Origin: Octopus vulgaris
Lineage: Eukaryota
Direction of reading: 5' to 3'
NCBI GenBank assembly: GCA_951406725.2
Contig: OX597826.1
Location: forward strand, 20,894,001 to 20,958,000
Length of the DNA: 64,000 bases
Shown in pieces: positions 42,955 to 55,933 of the stretch. A program made the translations under genes and the position numbers. Every line of letters begins with the position of its first letter. Position 1 is the first letter of the stretch. The notes under the pieces are model-generated. The model was not told the DNA's origin, did not search any database, and worked only from the letters and a program-made list of their open reading frames with translations.

Positions 42955-42975
42955 AACATATATATATATATGTAC

Positions 42976-43036
<61 letters not shown>

Positions 43037-43039
<3 letters not shown>

Positions 43040-43104
43040 CATGTATTTCCTTAAAATATGCTTCAAGCTGTATATAAATATACATGTATGATATATGTAA
43101 GCAT

Positions 43105-43137
<33 letters not shown>

Positions 43138-43224
43138 CACATACACACACACATACATGCTTACATATATCATACATGCGTATTTATATACAGCTTGAAG
43201 CATATTTTAAGGAAATACATGCAA
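43037..43224. repeat. near-perfect fold-back inverted duplication centred on (TA)n
   Basis: TTGCATGTATTTCCTTAAAATATGCTTCAAGCTGTATATAAATA... is mirrored by ...TATTTATATACAGCTTGAAGCATATTTTAAGGAAATACATGCAA. Confidence 0.9.
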
Positions 43225-43365
43225 AATTTTAAAAATGACTTGATATACCACTTTCTCTGATTTCCTACAAAATGCGATGTTACTTCCTTTCTAGGATGTT
43301 ATAGATTAGATATATTTTTTCTATAATACTATAATATCCAGCAATCTTCGTCCTTCATAAACAGA

Positions 43366-43443
<78 letters not shown>

Positions 43444-44114
43444 AGCACATAAGTGCAAAACAAGGTGGAAAAAATAGTACTTGAATACCAAAGGTAGAGT
43501 CATATGCTTTTATTGTATTGAATTTATTTTAGCTGCGATGGTGTCTTCTGTGAAATTATCATATACAATAGGTTTTATAGTTTATTGTTTATATTTTTTT
43601 GTTTATATCCATCTTGGATATGACTGCAATGCCATTGTTAAAACATGGTTTCAAATTGGGGATGAGAAGGCTGTTGAAAGTGCTATCTGTGTGATTATTC
43701 ACTCACCATCCTATTGCATCCATCGCAATAGGATTTTCTAAAATAGAAAACAGATCCAGAAAGGAAATAATAGTGAGACATTTGTTTGTCACTGGATTTA
43801 AGTGACACACTCTTGTACAACACTTTTACCAATCTGTCGGTTGCCAAAGAAGGTTCCAGTGACAAACATTGCAAGATGACTGATGTTATATCGACTGAGA
43901 GTTTTATGTCAGAATAGTTTTCTCCTAGGGGAGTTGCCTTCCCCATGACTTTGTCAAAAATATTAGGAACCTCCATTATCATTGCAAAACCAATTTAAAC
44001 CAGAGATGGGACCCTAACAGGTATTACCATTCCAGGTCAGAATGGGCCGGGCAAAATGGTAATTAAGGGGTGACTCCACACATCTGTATGTGTGTATGGC
44101 ATTACGTGGGAGGA

Positions 44115-44955
44115 CCACATCAGTGATCTTGAGATATAGGAAAGCTCTTGGTGTGAAAGTATAGAAGCTCTTATGTTGAAGCAAAGGCTCAGATGGAGTG
44201 GTCATCTAGTCAGAATGAAAGATTCAAGGATGCCAAAACAATTCTTTTATGGAGAGTTAGCTAAAGGAGAACGACCTCCATATAAACCAAAAAAAAAGAG
44301 GTATAAAGACTTGCTGAAGGCTTCCTTGGAAGATGCTAGCATCTCTCCTGACACATGGGAGGGCATAGCTATTGACCGTAGTAGGTGGAGAAGGATTGGG
44401 TACGAGGAGACAGCTACTTTTGAGAAATCTCGAGTTGCACATGAGAAAGTAAGGAGGGATGTCAGGAAGGGCATCGCTGTTGCACTTCCAGATGGGAAGG
44501 GTCTTCCTATGATGCTGACATGCAGTGTCTGTGCAAGACCCTGCCTCAGTAAAGCTGGACTCAAGAGTCATCTTCGTAGTCATAAAGCGAGACCGATGAT
44601 TGACAACCAGGCCGCTGGTGGTGGTGTAACACGACATACTAATCATATCTGTCAGGCATGTGGAAGGGAGTGTGATTCAACAGGAGGACTTAAGCGACAT
44701 GCAAAGGTACATGAAGCCCAGTTACAACTACAGCTGGCTATTGCCGGTAAAGGTTTTAGCTGCCAATTCTGTACAAGACATTGTAGATCTTTAGCTGGGC
44801 TTAAAATGTCACGTTCGATCACAGCACCAATAACAGTTAAGCCTCGTGCAATGGCCATACTCGATAAGGAGGGGGCAGCCATCATGCATGTATGCATGTA
44901 TGTATGTATGTATGTATGTATGTATGTATGTATGTATGTATGTATGTATGTATGC
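44115..44955 (+). mobile_element. 5'-truncated RTE-clade LINE: post-RT C-terminus, two complete and one truncated C2H2 zinc finger, (TATG)n tail
   Basis: ORF 44173-45009 contains QRLRWSGHLVRM...YGEL...RYKD...W...DRSRWR (RTE C-terminus), then CSVC-x12-HLRSH, CQAC-x12-HAKVH and CQFC... The ORF runs into the microsatellite tail. Confidence 0.9.
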
Positions 44956-44957
44956 AT

Positions 44958-45560
44958 AGTCGGGTCATCGGTGACTAAAGTGGCAACCCCATCAATCTTG
45001 TTTTGGTGAGGAAAGTAATTGTTGGACGACTTGCAGGACGAAAAATAAGACCTGGTAACGGTCATCCGGCAATATGAGTACATGTATGTTTGTGCAGGAA
45101 CGTGGGTTGGTGTCTAAGCGTGCGGTTGGCCCACTTGGAGTGGGAGATCCCACTGTTGTTATTACAACATCTCTCTTGGAGAGGGAATCTCTGAGAGAAA
45201 ACCTGTGACACTGACAATATTCGATGATGCAGACTAGTTCTTCTTTTTGAGTTTATGTTGTCCATGTCCAGAGAGAGGGACTGGATTTGTGTAAATTCTT
45301 TCCCCACTACAAAAAATCACCACGAACAGGCATCGGTTGAAAAATAAAGTAAGGCCAATCGCAAAAACGGCTGGTCGTAGCCTTCGTATGTGTGAGACTT
45401 TCGAACACGATTTTGCAGTCATCATGTAGCTATGTGTATACGTACGTACGTATGTATGTACGTATGTATGTATGTATGTATGTATGTATGTATGTATGTA
45501 TGTATGTATGTATGTATGTATGTATGTATGTATGTATGTATGTATGTATGTATGTGTGTA
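44958..45560 (+). mobile_element. non-coding retroposon sharing the 3' terminus and (TATG)n tail of the adjacent RTE LINE
   Basis: CpG-rich 470-bp body between two (TATG)n tracts. It ends GCAGTCATCATGTA, compared with the LINE end GCAGCCATCATGCA. Confidence 0.55.
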
Positions 45561-46220
45561 TTATGTATACACATACATATTATATAGAACTTCAGAAGTG
45601 GAAGCTTCTTGAATTCATATTTCCAGTGGCTCAAACGATTGATAAAAGTTAGCAATTTGTAAGAAAACTATTTAAAAAGACTTAGTTTGATTGGTTAACA
45701 TCTGATCGACACTTGATTGGCTGGCGAAAAATAAATCCGTTGGGAAACGTACCACGTATCTATTCAATGCCATTCACAGGAACTCGTAATATTCCCATCC
45801 AGTCATATCTCGATATGCTATTAACATTGTTGCTTCCGTATTGTCACGCTGCTTCATCAATCTGTTGGGAAGTTGAAACGCAGACTTGAAATTTAAAGTA
45901 ATTCAGCTTGTAGTAAAACATACTTACACTGCTTGATTCATTTAGCACTGTCCGCCCCACCACTGCCACCACTACCACCACCAACAACAACCATTTGTAT
46001 AGACAAGCGTTCACCAATCTGTATGTAAATTCGTGCGTGCTGTGTTCGCGTGTGTGCGTCAGCGCACACACCATGAGAATCTGCATGAAATGTTCATTCT
46101 GACCAAGCAACCTAAATCTGAATTGTAATTAGTTCCACTGCCATGACCATCACCACAGAAGAATGTGTTTACATCAGATTAGACTTCAGAAACAATACGA
46201 CAGGAGGCAAATTACACTGA

Positions 46221-46357
<137 letters not shown>

Positions 46358-46609
46358 TTTGATACTTCAAGACTATAATCTTGGTGACAGTAATAACATA
46401 TTGAACGAGGTGGTGTTGGTTGTCGTTGGAGTGGTAGATTGCAGTTGTGGGTTGGGTTTAGTGGGGGCCATGGTGAGAGCGAGAGTGTAAGTGGTGATGG
46501 TGGGTCTAGTCATAATAATGTATTCAGTACAAGGAATTGAAAAATGGTGGATGAACAAATATTTAGTGAGGCGTATAACTGTCTCAGACATTGTTTAAAA
46601 AACACATGA

Positions 46610-47000
46610 CATCGGCAGAAGATCCCATAGTTCGGCGATGGTGGAGGTAAAAGTGATTATATGGGCCCCAGTATTTAACTGATACTTCCTTTTATCAATT
46701 CCGAAAGGGCGAAAAGGGAAGTTGACTTTGGTAGGATTCGAATCCAGGACGTAAGGGACAGGAACGCTGTGTTTTATGGGAGGCTCAACCAATTCTGTCG
46801 ATCCATCGTTCTTCACTGATCTGTTTTAATATCGATCTCTTACACAGACACGAGACTAGACATTGATAGGAGACACTTGAGTCAGGATGAAAGGCAACGC
46901 TGACTTTGCCAGGATTTGTACTCAGAACATAAACAGTCATAATTAAATACTACAAGACGTTTTGTTCGACGCTCCGATGATTTTTGCCAATTCACTGCCC
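46610..47000 (-). mobile_element. two adjacent decayed family B SINE fragments
   Basis: GATACTTCCTTTTATCAATTCCGAAAGGGCGAAAAGG...GGATTCGAATCC and GGATGAAAGGCAACGCTGACTTTGCCAGGATTTGTACTCAGAAC. Confidence 0.6.
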
Positions 47001-49443
47001 TTCATTGCCCTCATTTTAAAAATCCAATAAAATTCGCTTTAATTGTTCCAATGGCTTTTTGGCAATATTTAGTATTTCTAAGGATCTGTACAAGTTCGGT
47101 GGCCAAGAACAAACTAGTTTATGTGGCCAATATTATTTAACGAGTCAGGCCAAAAGTTCACTAAGTATTTGATAGTTTTAGAAAAAAAAACTTAAGATGC
47201 ATATAACAAAGAAATTTTATTTTCCTAAAAATAAAAAAAAGACTTTCAGTCGATCTAATGAATAATAGTTGATAATTAGAAAGTTTTCAATTATAGATAA
47301 GCCATTAAAAGAGCATATTATAAATAAATTTGTGAAAATGAATACTGATTTATCTTTGAAAATAATTATTGTATTTCCAGCAGAAATCAAACATTATTTA
47401 GGAATAAATCAACCTAAACAACAGTGAAACTGTCGCTCAATATTGGATGATTTCACATTTTAATTCTGATAAGCAGTTTACTTTAATTGTACGTTGGTTC
47501 GCTTTTTTCTTTTTCTTCGCCTTTTTAAAAAAAAAATTCAGCTATTAAATTGTTTACTCCTTTAGAAAATAAATTCCAGTCAAGAAATTTCTTAGAAAAA
47601 TCATATCAGCATGAAATTATGATCCAATCTCATTTAGAATGAAAAAAAAAAATTATATATATTTATATATAAATAATAAACAAAAAAGAAATTTTGCATC
47701 TGATTTAAATTTTTTCCATTAAAATAGTAAACTATATTTGACAGAATCAAAGGCTAAGGTTTGAATCATAGAAATAGCAGGGTTCTGTTTGATTGGAAAC
47801 CTTTGGTTATCACTGGTTTATTCTGGAAATTTCCTAGTACAAGGAAGCGGGGCATAAAATTCACACAATGGGATAGAGGGTATATGAAGTGGAAATATTT
47901 TCTATTCAAGTGTCAATTTGAAGTTTTTTAAACAATTCAAATGGTTAAAGATGCAATTAATTATTTTTGCCTCATTTCTCTTATTCATCTCCAGAACTTT
48001 CAGGAAAAAAAAAGCTATTTAGGAAACATGGACAAGATTCTTATTTGACTACTTATCAAAGTGAAAATAAATGTTTGCATTGTGGTAATGAATACACACA
48101 CACACACACACAACCTCAGAGAAAGAGATACAGACACGAAAGTATACACACATACGTAACCATACATACATGTGTCTAAATATAAATACATATACACTCT
48201 CAAACACTAGCACGTAAACACTCGTATACACACACTTATACAGAATATATATACACACATAAATATTCACTCATGCACACAAACACACACCTACGTATGC
48301 ACACATAAAAATACACACACATACTCACAACTGATTTGCACTTATGAATATACATATATGCACATGATACACTCATAAACATATACACGAACATGTATGC
48401 ATGATCAGTTATACTCACACACAAACACAACAATATATTTGATAGAAATTTACTGTTTGAAAGGGAGGGAGGGAGAGAGGGGGGAGAGAGAGGGGGAGAG
48501 AGAGGGAGAGAGAGAGAATATATATGTTTGTATGTAATTAGTAAATTAACAGAAATATGAAACGGGTCGGGGTGTATTGCAAGGGATAAGAAGATGAATG
48601 AGATAAATGGGGTCAACTATTGGAGAAAGCAGGGCAGAACTAATGGCTGAGTTGTAATCCAGGGTGGAAGGGTGTAATGTACCATCCAAGACCTGCTTAC
48701 CTGAAGATGCAACAACTGTAAAGAACAATAAAAAATATATATATATATAAAAATGGAGTAAAAATTAGATTATCGCAAACGGATAAATGTGCGAAGATCA
48801 TTTAAATGTTACAGTTGATAAAACTACAACAAGGGAAAGATTTATGAGTTGGTTTAAAGTGAGGCCTGCCCTAGAAAATGAAAAATTAGTAATTTATATT
48901 CCATTTATTTAACGAGAAAAGTTTGGGTTTGTAACTGAGATAAGATTTTGATGCCGTGTTTGAAAAAAGAAATCTTTTCCTAAAAAATCATTTAGTTGAT
49001 CACCTTTCAGATTTTTTCTGTTCGAGTTTCTGAAGATATGAGTGTGATTACTGCAGCGAAGTTTAAAGGACGATGAAGCAAAACGTGTATAAGTGTTACT
49101 GAATTTTTAGTGGTAGTATTGCTTTAGCAAATTGTTATGTAGACATTTATTGTCTAAAGGACAGAGATTAATAAAGTAGCAGTTTGTAGTACTGTTCGTG
49201 TCATCACAATTGAATGTGTAAGTTAGAAGATGTTAGAGTTTCTGCAAAATTAAGGAATGAGAAATAAGACAATTTCATGGAATTATTGATAACTATTTTA
49301 TAATATTTATGCTGTCGGGGGACGGTGTTTTCTACGAAATTGTAAGAATAGAATAGTCTAACTATACGAGGGTAACTGTCAAATCTAAACGGTGGATTTA
49401 ATCACTTCATATTACTATTTCTATTCCTATTTCCAGTGCTAGT

Positions 49444-49510
<67 letters not shown>

Positions 49511-49513
<3 letters not shown>

Positions 49514-49812
49514 AAAAGTAAAAAATATATACAAACTGGGACAAGAACGTGAAACACCCAGAAGACGACACAAGAACCACAGGACGGGTCATTCGAAGCC
49601 CTCAGTCATCAGTGAAGAACCGGATCATCTTCGCAATTTCGGCTGATTAATCTTGAGATTGCTCCGACCTGGGCAGCCCCAAGGGAAATCTAAGCCAAGC
49701 GCATTAGATCCCTTAGAAGAAAGCTTCGAATGTATACAACACAAGGACGGAAAACGGACGATGTACACGAATAAAAATACAAAAATACGTGAAAACAATA
49801 AGGAAAGCACAC

Positions 49813-49878
<66 letters not shown>

Positions 49879-50124
49879 CTATATATACGTTTAAATATTT
49901 GTTGTGAAATACAAAATGGCTGACGGTTAGTAAGGAGAGACACAAATAAGTGAGAAGAAAACAAAGGACCACTGATGCGGTCACAGGAGTGTGACGAAAG
50001 AACTCTGGCCGAAATAAGATTAAGATTAATGTAAAAAATAAATATCACTGAAGCAAAATAACACCAAATATATAGTGCGTGTGTTTTTATTGGCTAAACT
50101 GGCAATATGACCATTCCGAAATAC

Positions 50125-50125
<1 letters not shown>
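49511..50125. mobile_element. Penelope-associated non-coding (pseudo-LTR-like) segments between (TA)n tracts
   Basis: 49511-49668 is repeated at 38318-38474. The region lies next to the Penelope RT remnant and contains a hammerhead-like motif at 49966-50010. Confidence 0.6.
49966..50010 (+). ncRNA. candidate minimal type I hammerhead ribozyme (core A9 appears changed to C)
   Basis: GG(A)CCA-CTGATGC-G-GTCACA-ggag-TGTGAC-GAAA-GAAC-TC-TGGCC. Perfect 6-bp stem II, stem I GG(A)CCA/TGGCC, minimal stem III, CUC triplet. Confidence 0.6.
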
Positions 50126-50169
<44 letters not shown>

Positions 50170-50182
50170 ACTATATATATAC

Positions 50183-50244
<62 letters not shown>

Positions 50245-51330
50245 GGTTGTCTTATGTTGAATATAGTATTTTTCTCTTTTGAGTTCCTGCTATCAAGGGC
50301 TTCATTATAGTAAGGTGCTAGTTTATTAAATCTTCGCATGTCGGTAGGAAAGTTTGAAATTTTAGGCGAAATGTTCTTAGATTATTTAATGGAGTTAGCT
50401 GGGAAATATAGATGTGGTTTTCTGTTTAGAAAACTTTAAGGTACTTAAGTGAATTAGAAAGGGTAAGTATTAAATCTAAAAATCAACTTCATTGAAAATG
50501 GTTTCAGATGTAATGAGAAGACCGAATTCCTTGAAGAATAAAAATGTAGATATTTTCTAATTCTTCTGTTGACTGTAGAGTTATTCAACGACAGTCCGCC
50601 ACTGTCTCAGTAAAGACCACTATGTAAGTACAGAAATTTGGAATTAAGTTGGTAAGAAAAGGCCAACGGATCACTAATTTCTACGAATCTGTTGCGCCCA
50701 GGGTTATATTGAAAGCCGTCTATGATATTTTTTCAGGACCCATAAAGCAACCTAATAAAGCTTTAGAATAATTTTCCTCTCTTACGTAAACATATCAATG
50801 TCTGAGGGTTTGATGGATCTAGCGAAGTTGAATAAGAAGAACCGTTAAGGAAAACTAATCCTCTTTAATACCAAATCGTAAGAATTTAGTATTAATATAA
50901 GGAATCTGTACAAATCTGTACAAATCCCTTGTTGCGTATTTTGTTGCAGTAATTGTAAGGGTGGCATCTTCTAAATCCCAGGAATTAGTTTGTTAAGAAT
51001 CAGTTTCCCCGTTTGAGTCGTATTAATTCATCTCTTCGGGGTGGGGTCTCTTAGACATCAAATTTCAGGCTTTTTCAAAGAGAAATAGGAAAACTAAAGT
51101 GTTAAGGGTTCGATTCTAAGGTGGATACCTAAAGTTTCAATAAAAAGTAAACCGTGTAAGTGAGCTTCTTCATGTGGTTTTCTCAAATCAGTTCGGGACA
51201 GGGTTTCGTCCTCGAGTAAATCTTTAATTTTGTCTAATTAGAAAATTTTTTAAAAATCTATTAGAGCTATTAATGCGGATTAAAGTTTCTTTTTAATCTA
51301 TCTTGGGATATAAACTTCAAGCTCTGAATA
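50245..51330 (-). mobile_element. decayed Penelope-like retroelement reverse transcriptase fragment
   Basis: Minus-strand motifs in the correct order: TKFLRFGIKE (compare FIQFDIxxFYPSI), FNITLGATDS (FDVTMGSxDG), GLY*DSG (GLYRDDG), [34 protein letters not shown]. Many stops and frameshifts. Confidence 0.8.
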
Positions 51331-51345
51331 TTTTGACACACGCAC

Positions 51346-51401
<56 letters not shown>

Positions 51402-53148
51402 AAAATAACTTAATAAGGAAGTAATTTCAGAAATAAGTCGCCAAAATGTTTCGTATTGCATTATATATCTGACGACTATGTGCTGAAACAGATGGATCCT
51501 GATAATAGACAGACAGACAAGATACCAGTAGATTCTTATATGCTTGTAATTGATTGGTTAGTTTATTTGTAGGTAGACAGGTAAACAAGCTCCCTGATTG
51601 GTTGACGGTCTTAGCTTCATATACATTTAATTTCAATGTTTTTTCTTTTTTTGCTATTTTTCTATCGTTCTTTACTGCTCTGTCTATTTGAAATAACTTT
51701 CTCCTTCAGAAGAAAAGCCCAAAATGATAGTAGTTGTATTATTACATTCGTTCTACAATAAAACTACATCTGTTTCGGAATAACACCAACCAGAGTATCC
51801 TGTCCGTTTGAATAACGTTTGAATAAAGAGAATGGCTTTTCTAGGACTAAAATTGTTTGAAATGACTATGACAATGGATGCCATCTCTTTTTATCAAGAA
51901 ATACATTTGAAGACATTATTCCCTGAAGGAAATTACCTTTTGACAGCGAGTATCGGCAAGACTCTCACTTAACGATGTGTGTTTAGTGAACTGTCAATTG
52001 AAAGCTGTCAACAGACAGGAAGCTAACAAAGGATCAGACAACGAGGCTAGCCAATGGCAACCTTCTGACAAGCAATCTTGTTGAAGTAAAAATATTTCAG
52101 AATGGAGAGAAGAGCTTTAAAGATGGCAACACAGAAAACAAATTGGCAAGGATGGATATAATTAGAGAGAATTTGATGTCTTTGTTATAAAAACTTGCAA
52201 TAGTAGTCAGAGATTGTTATCGCATCCTGACCAAAAGAAACAAATATGAAAAGACTATCAAGAAAACTTGAACGAATACAAAGAGTTTCGAAACTGTCGG
52301 AAACGAGGACTGTAACCAGAGAACACAGGAAATTGTAAATGACCAACCTGACAGCATATTGGGGACGGCGGGGTAAAAAGGAAAACGGAGCTTTAGTCGT
52401 TATCAATTGAAAGAACTAACTGTAGAAATATCATAATTATGTGGGAAATGTTTGAAATTAAAACTGAAATGATAGATATTTGTGAGGCGTCAATGAGAAA
52501 ATCGATCTCTGAACGGCGTAAGAAAGTAGTAGAAGAGGTGGTGGTGGTGTCAATGGCGGCGGCGGTGGTGGTGGAGGTGGTGGTGGCGAGTGGTATTGTC
52601 GTGTCAGCTTGATGAGTTAGGAAATGCTAAAAGTGTAATCACAGATGAAATGGCGGTAAATCCAAGAAAAAGTGACCCGAGCGAGAATGGTGTGACAGGA
52701 GGCAGACGACACGGAATATGAGAATTGTTAGAATAATAAGGACAGGGGTGTGAAGAATGATATAAAAAAGAAAGAAAAAAAAATCAATTCTTCTAGGTGA
52801 TAGGGGCGGGAAGCATTTGGGACAGGGGACACAGATTGACTGTCATCAAAAATACAAACATAATTAAAAAAAAGTATAATTACAGTACTGATGCTGTTGC
52901 TGCTGCTGCTGCTACTGCTGCTACTGCTGCTACTGCTGCTACTGCTGCTGCTGATGTTGTTACTGACAGAAAGTAAGATTGTAACGAAAGTTTGTTAACT
53001 TATCTAAGAAGATAAAAAGGTTTGGGTTAAGGGACTGGAAAACTGGGAGCTTGTAACATTCATGCCCTTCCCGGTCACAGTAGAACAATGTGGAGACGCA
53101 CACAGCACACACATTCTAATCAGATGAGTATATTGTAATCAAGAAACG

Positions 53149-53320
53149 GCTGCTGCAGTATGGCTGAACGGTCATACTGCACCTAATAAGGTCCCGGTTT
53201 CGATTCCACTGCATGGCACAGTTTGAGTAAATATCCTTTTCTATTTTCTATAATCCTTGGGTCAGCCATTACCTTGTGAAGGAAAGTGATTGGATGGAAA
53301 CTGTAGAGAATCCCATCAGA
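53149..53320 (+). mobile_element. tRNA-derived SINE, family C head, decayed
   Basis: GGTTTCGATTCCACTGCATGGCAC...CCTTGTGAAGG...GGATGGAAACTGTAGAGAATCCC. Confidence 0.55.
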
Positions 53321-53391
53321 TGGATTTATCTGGAATTCAACAGCTACAGGCTTCTCTCTCTCTCTCTCTTTCTCTCTCTCTCACACACACA

Positions 53392-53450
<59 letters not shown>

Positions 53451-53609
53451 ACACCGTACCTCGTTGATTCTGCCAAAGAATTATTTTAAGGGTAGATGTG
53501 ACTGTGGAATACTCTGCTGTTTGGACATGAATTCAAGGAGCGAAGTAATTTGGAGTTTTAGGAATCACCGTGACTGGAAACACCGCTAACAACATCAATG
53601 TAATGTATT

Positions 53610-53835
53610 GGCGGAGAGCTGGCAGAATCGTTAGAACACCGGGAAGAATGCTTAGCGGCATTTCGTCCGTCTTCACGTTCTGAGTTCAAATTCTGCCGAT
53701 GTCGGCTTTGCCTTTCATCCTTTCTGGATCGATAAAACGAGTACCAGTGGAGTACTGGAGTCGATGCACTCGAATTAGCCCCCCCCCCCCCCAAAAAAAA
53801 ATGCTGGCCTTGTGCCAAAATTTGAAGCCATTATT
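53610..53835 (+). mobile_element. tRNA-derived SINE, family B, best-preserved copy
   Basis: A box TGGCAGAATCG, B box GAGTTCAAATT, core GCCTTTCATCCTTTCTGGATCGATAAAACGAGTACCAG, (ATT)n end. Confidence 0.85.
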
Positions 53836-55235
53836 ATTAAGGTCTAGAAAGTACGATTTTTCTTCCTGACACCACCCCTGTTTAGTAATGGAGGTAAGGG
53901 CTACGGGCTCGACCATTTGTTGTTGTTTTAGGCCTTCTGAGACTGAGGAGAAGAGGATGAAGAAGTTATCCTGAAACCAGAAACCTTGGTTCGAATATTT
54001 ACAATAGTGTGAACTCCTCTTAAGGCGCCAAGAACTAAATGTGGAGATTAGTAAACTGGGCGACGGATTAAGGCTACTACACAACAATTCAGAAGTCAAA
54101 GAGTCACAATAAATACCACAAGGTTCCCCTTTAGGCCTTTACATGTTCCCAATACTTTATTCATCGTTCCTGAAAGGATAAACAGCAAACTTGACAATGT
54201 CGGGAACTGAAGACGAAGAAAAGTCAGAGTAAAGACGGCGAATTTCCATGCTTTCGTCTTGTCTTGGAATATGGAACGGAAACTATAGTTAGGTCTGGTC
54301 TCTGGTTACATGTCTCCACTTTAATTTTGCATTTTATTCTTATCCCGATCTTCGAATTGATTAGCCATATTGTCCGATATATATCCAAATCACACATTCT
54401 GCTCTCTCTTGCGACCAGTTGTAACGACATATCGTAACTCAACGACTTAACAATGACTCTAAACGTATGACCATGCCTGAAACCACAGAAAAATTAAATG
54501 ACGGACACCCCCACACACACACACATCTCGTCTTCCTTATTACCTTCAGTCATGTGATAGAAATCATGTGATTCCTATCTTGTTTCATCACCACCACCAC
54601 CATCCCGAACCTTACAGCTCTACCATTACTTACCGCAACTATTTCCACCACCACCACCACCACTACCACCTCGCTATTATCCATGCCCGCCACCCCACAA
54701 CACCACTTACCTCTTACCATCACTCTCAATAACTAATACCACCATCTCTATTACATCACTCTCACCACCACTCTCCCAATAACTAATAACAATTCTTCCC
54801 CACCCACCCACAACACCTCATCTCTCCGTCTTTTACCGTCACAACTATGGACAGACAATATTTATTTTTGGTCTTTTTGCGAGCAAAAATTGTTGGATAA
54901 ACAAATTCGAAGTGAAGTTTTTTGGAGGGTTTTTTGCTATATTTGTTTTAATACGCATTGACAGTAATTATATTGTGCACTAAGTCTGCAGTGCCAGCAA
55001 TAATGCCGCGCCAGTCGTGCACAACCGCCGAGGGCCACAAACATTATCGTAAAAGATTTATAACCAAAATTCAATTGGAGCATATCTTCAGTTTTCAAGC
55101 CAACAGGAATAAACAAACAAAACATTTCCGGAAAGTGTTTCCATCCATTAAATTCAAATTATTTTACTGTTCTTCTAGTTTTTGCCTCACCATTTTGTTA
55201 TTTGTATAACGTTAAAAATACAGTGCAACACACAC

Positions 55236-55293
<58 letters not shown>

Positions 55294-55882
55294 ACACGCA
55301 CACACATACACATACAAGGAATAAAAGCAGTTGAATGAATTTTGTCGTGATTTTATCAAAGAAAATCGTGGGTAGGGAGTTGGTGTTGATTTTAGTCTCC
55401 TGCTCTTTAATTCTGTTGCCGCTTTTAGACTAGATTCCAGAAGTTTTCTCCCACTGGAGTTCCTTTCACTCATCGCCACCTTCCTTTTATTCTAGCCCCA
55501 CCCCGTACACAGCGGTAGTCTCTCTTCCCTCGATCATTCCCACCTTGTTTCTCCAAGTTTTCCTCTTCTTTCTCCCACCGTCACTACCGCTGTCATGGCT
55601 GCCATATCTTGCTCTTCTTCCTCTCCTTCCTCTCCCCAGAGAGATTTGTGAGGAATTAATAATAAACCGGCAATCTTTCCTACAATGAAGTGGTAAAATT
55701 TCCTTACTGAACATTCCAGTAATTATTGACTACAAAATATGTTTATCTACAGTTTTACATTCACATTATCTTTGCCTCGTTTTTTTTTCTTTTTTGTTTT
55801 GTCTGTCATCTTCCTCTTCCAAATTTTATTCCATATTTTTTCATCTCCCGATTCAATGGAGATAAATACACACACACAAACA

Positions 55883-55933
<51 letters not shown>

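Noticed and set aside
44173-45009. Host C2H2 zinc-finger transcription factor gene
   Set aside because: The N-terminal half is an RTE LINE C-terminus and the ORF runs into the element's microsatellite tail.
47381-47427. Possible next dac exon (ccAG|CA GAA ATC AAA, reading AEIK...)
   Set aside because: Similarity to AELK ends after four residues and the frame stops quickly (AEIKHYLGINQPKQQ*).
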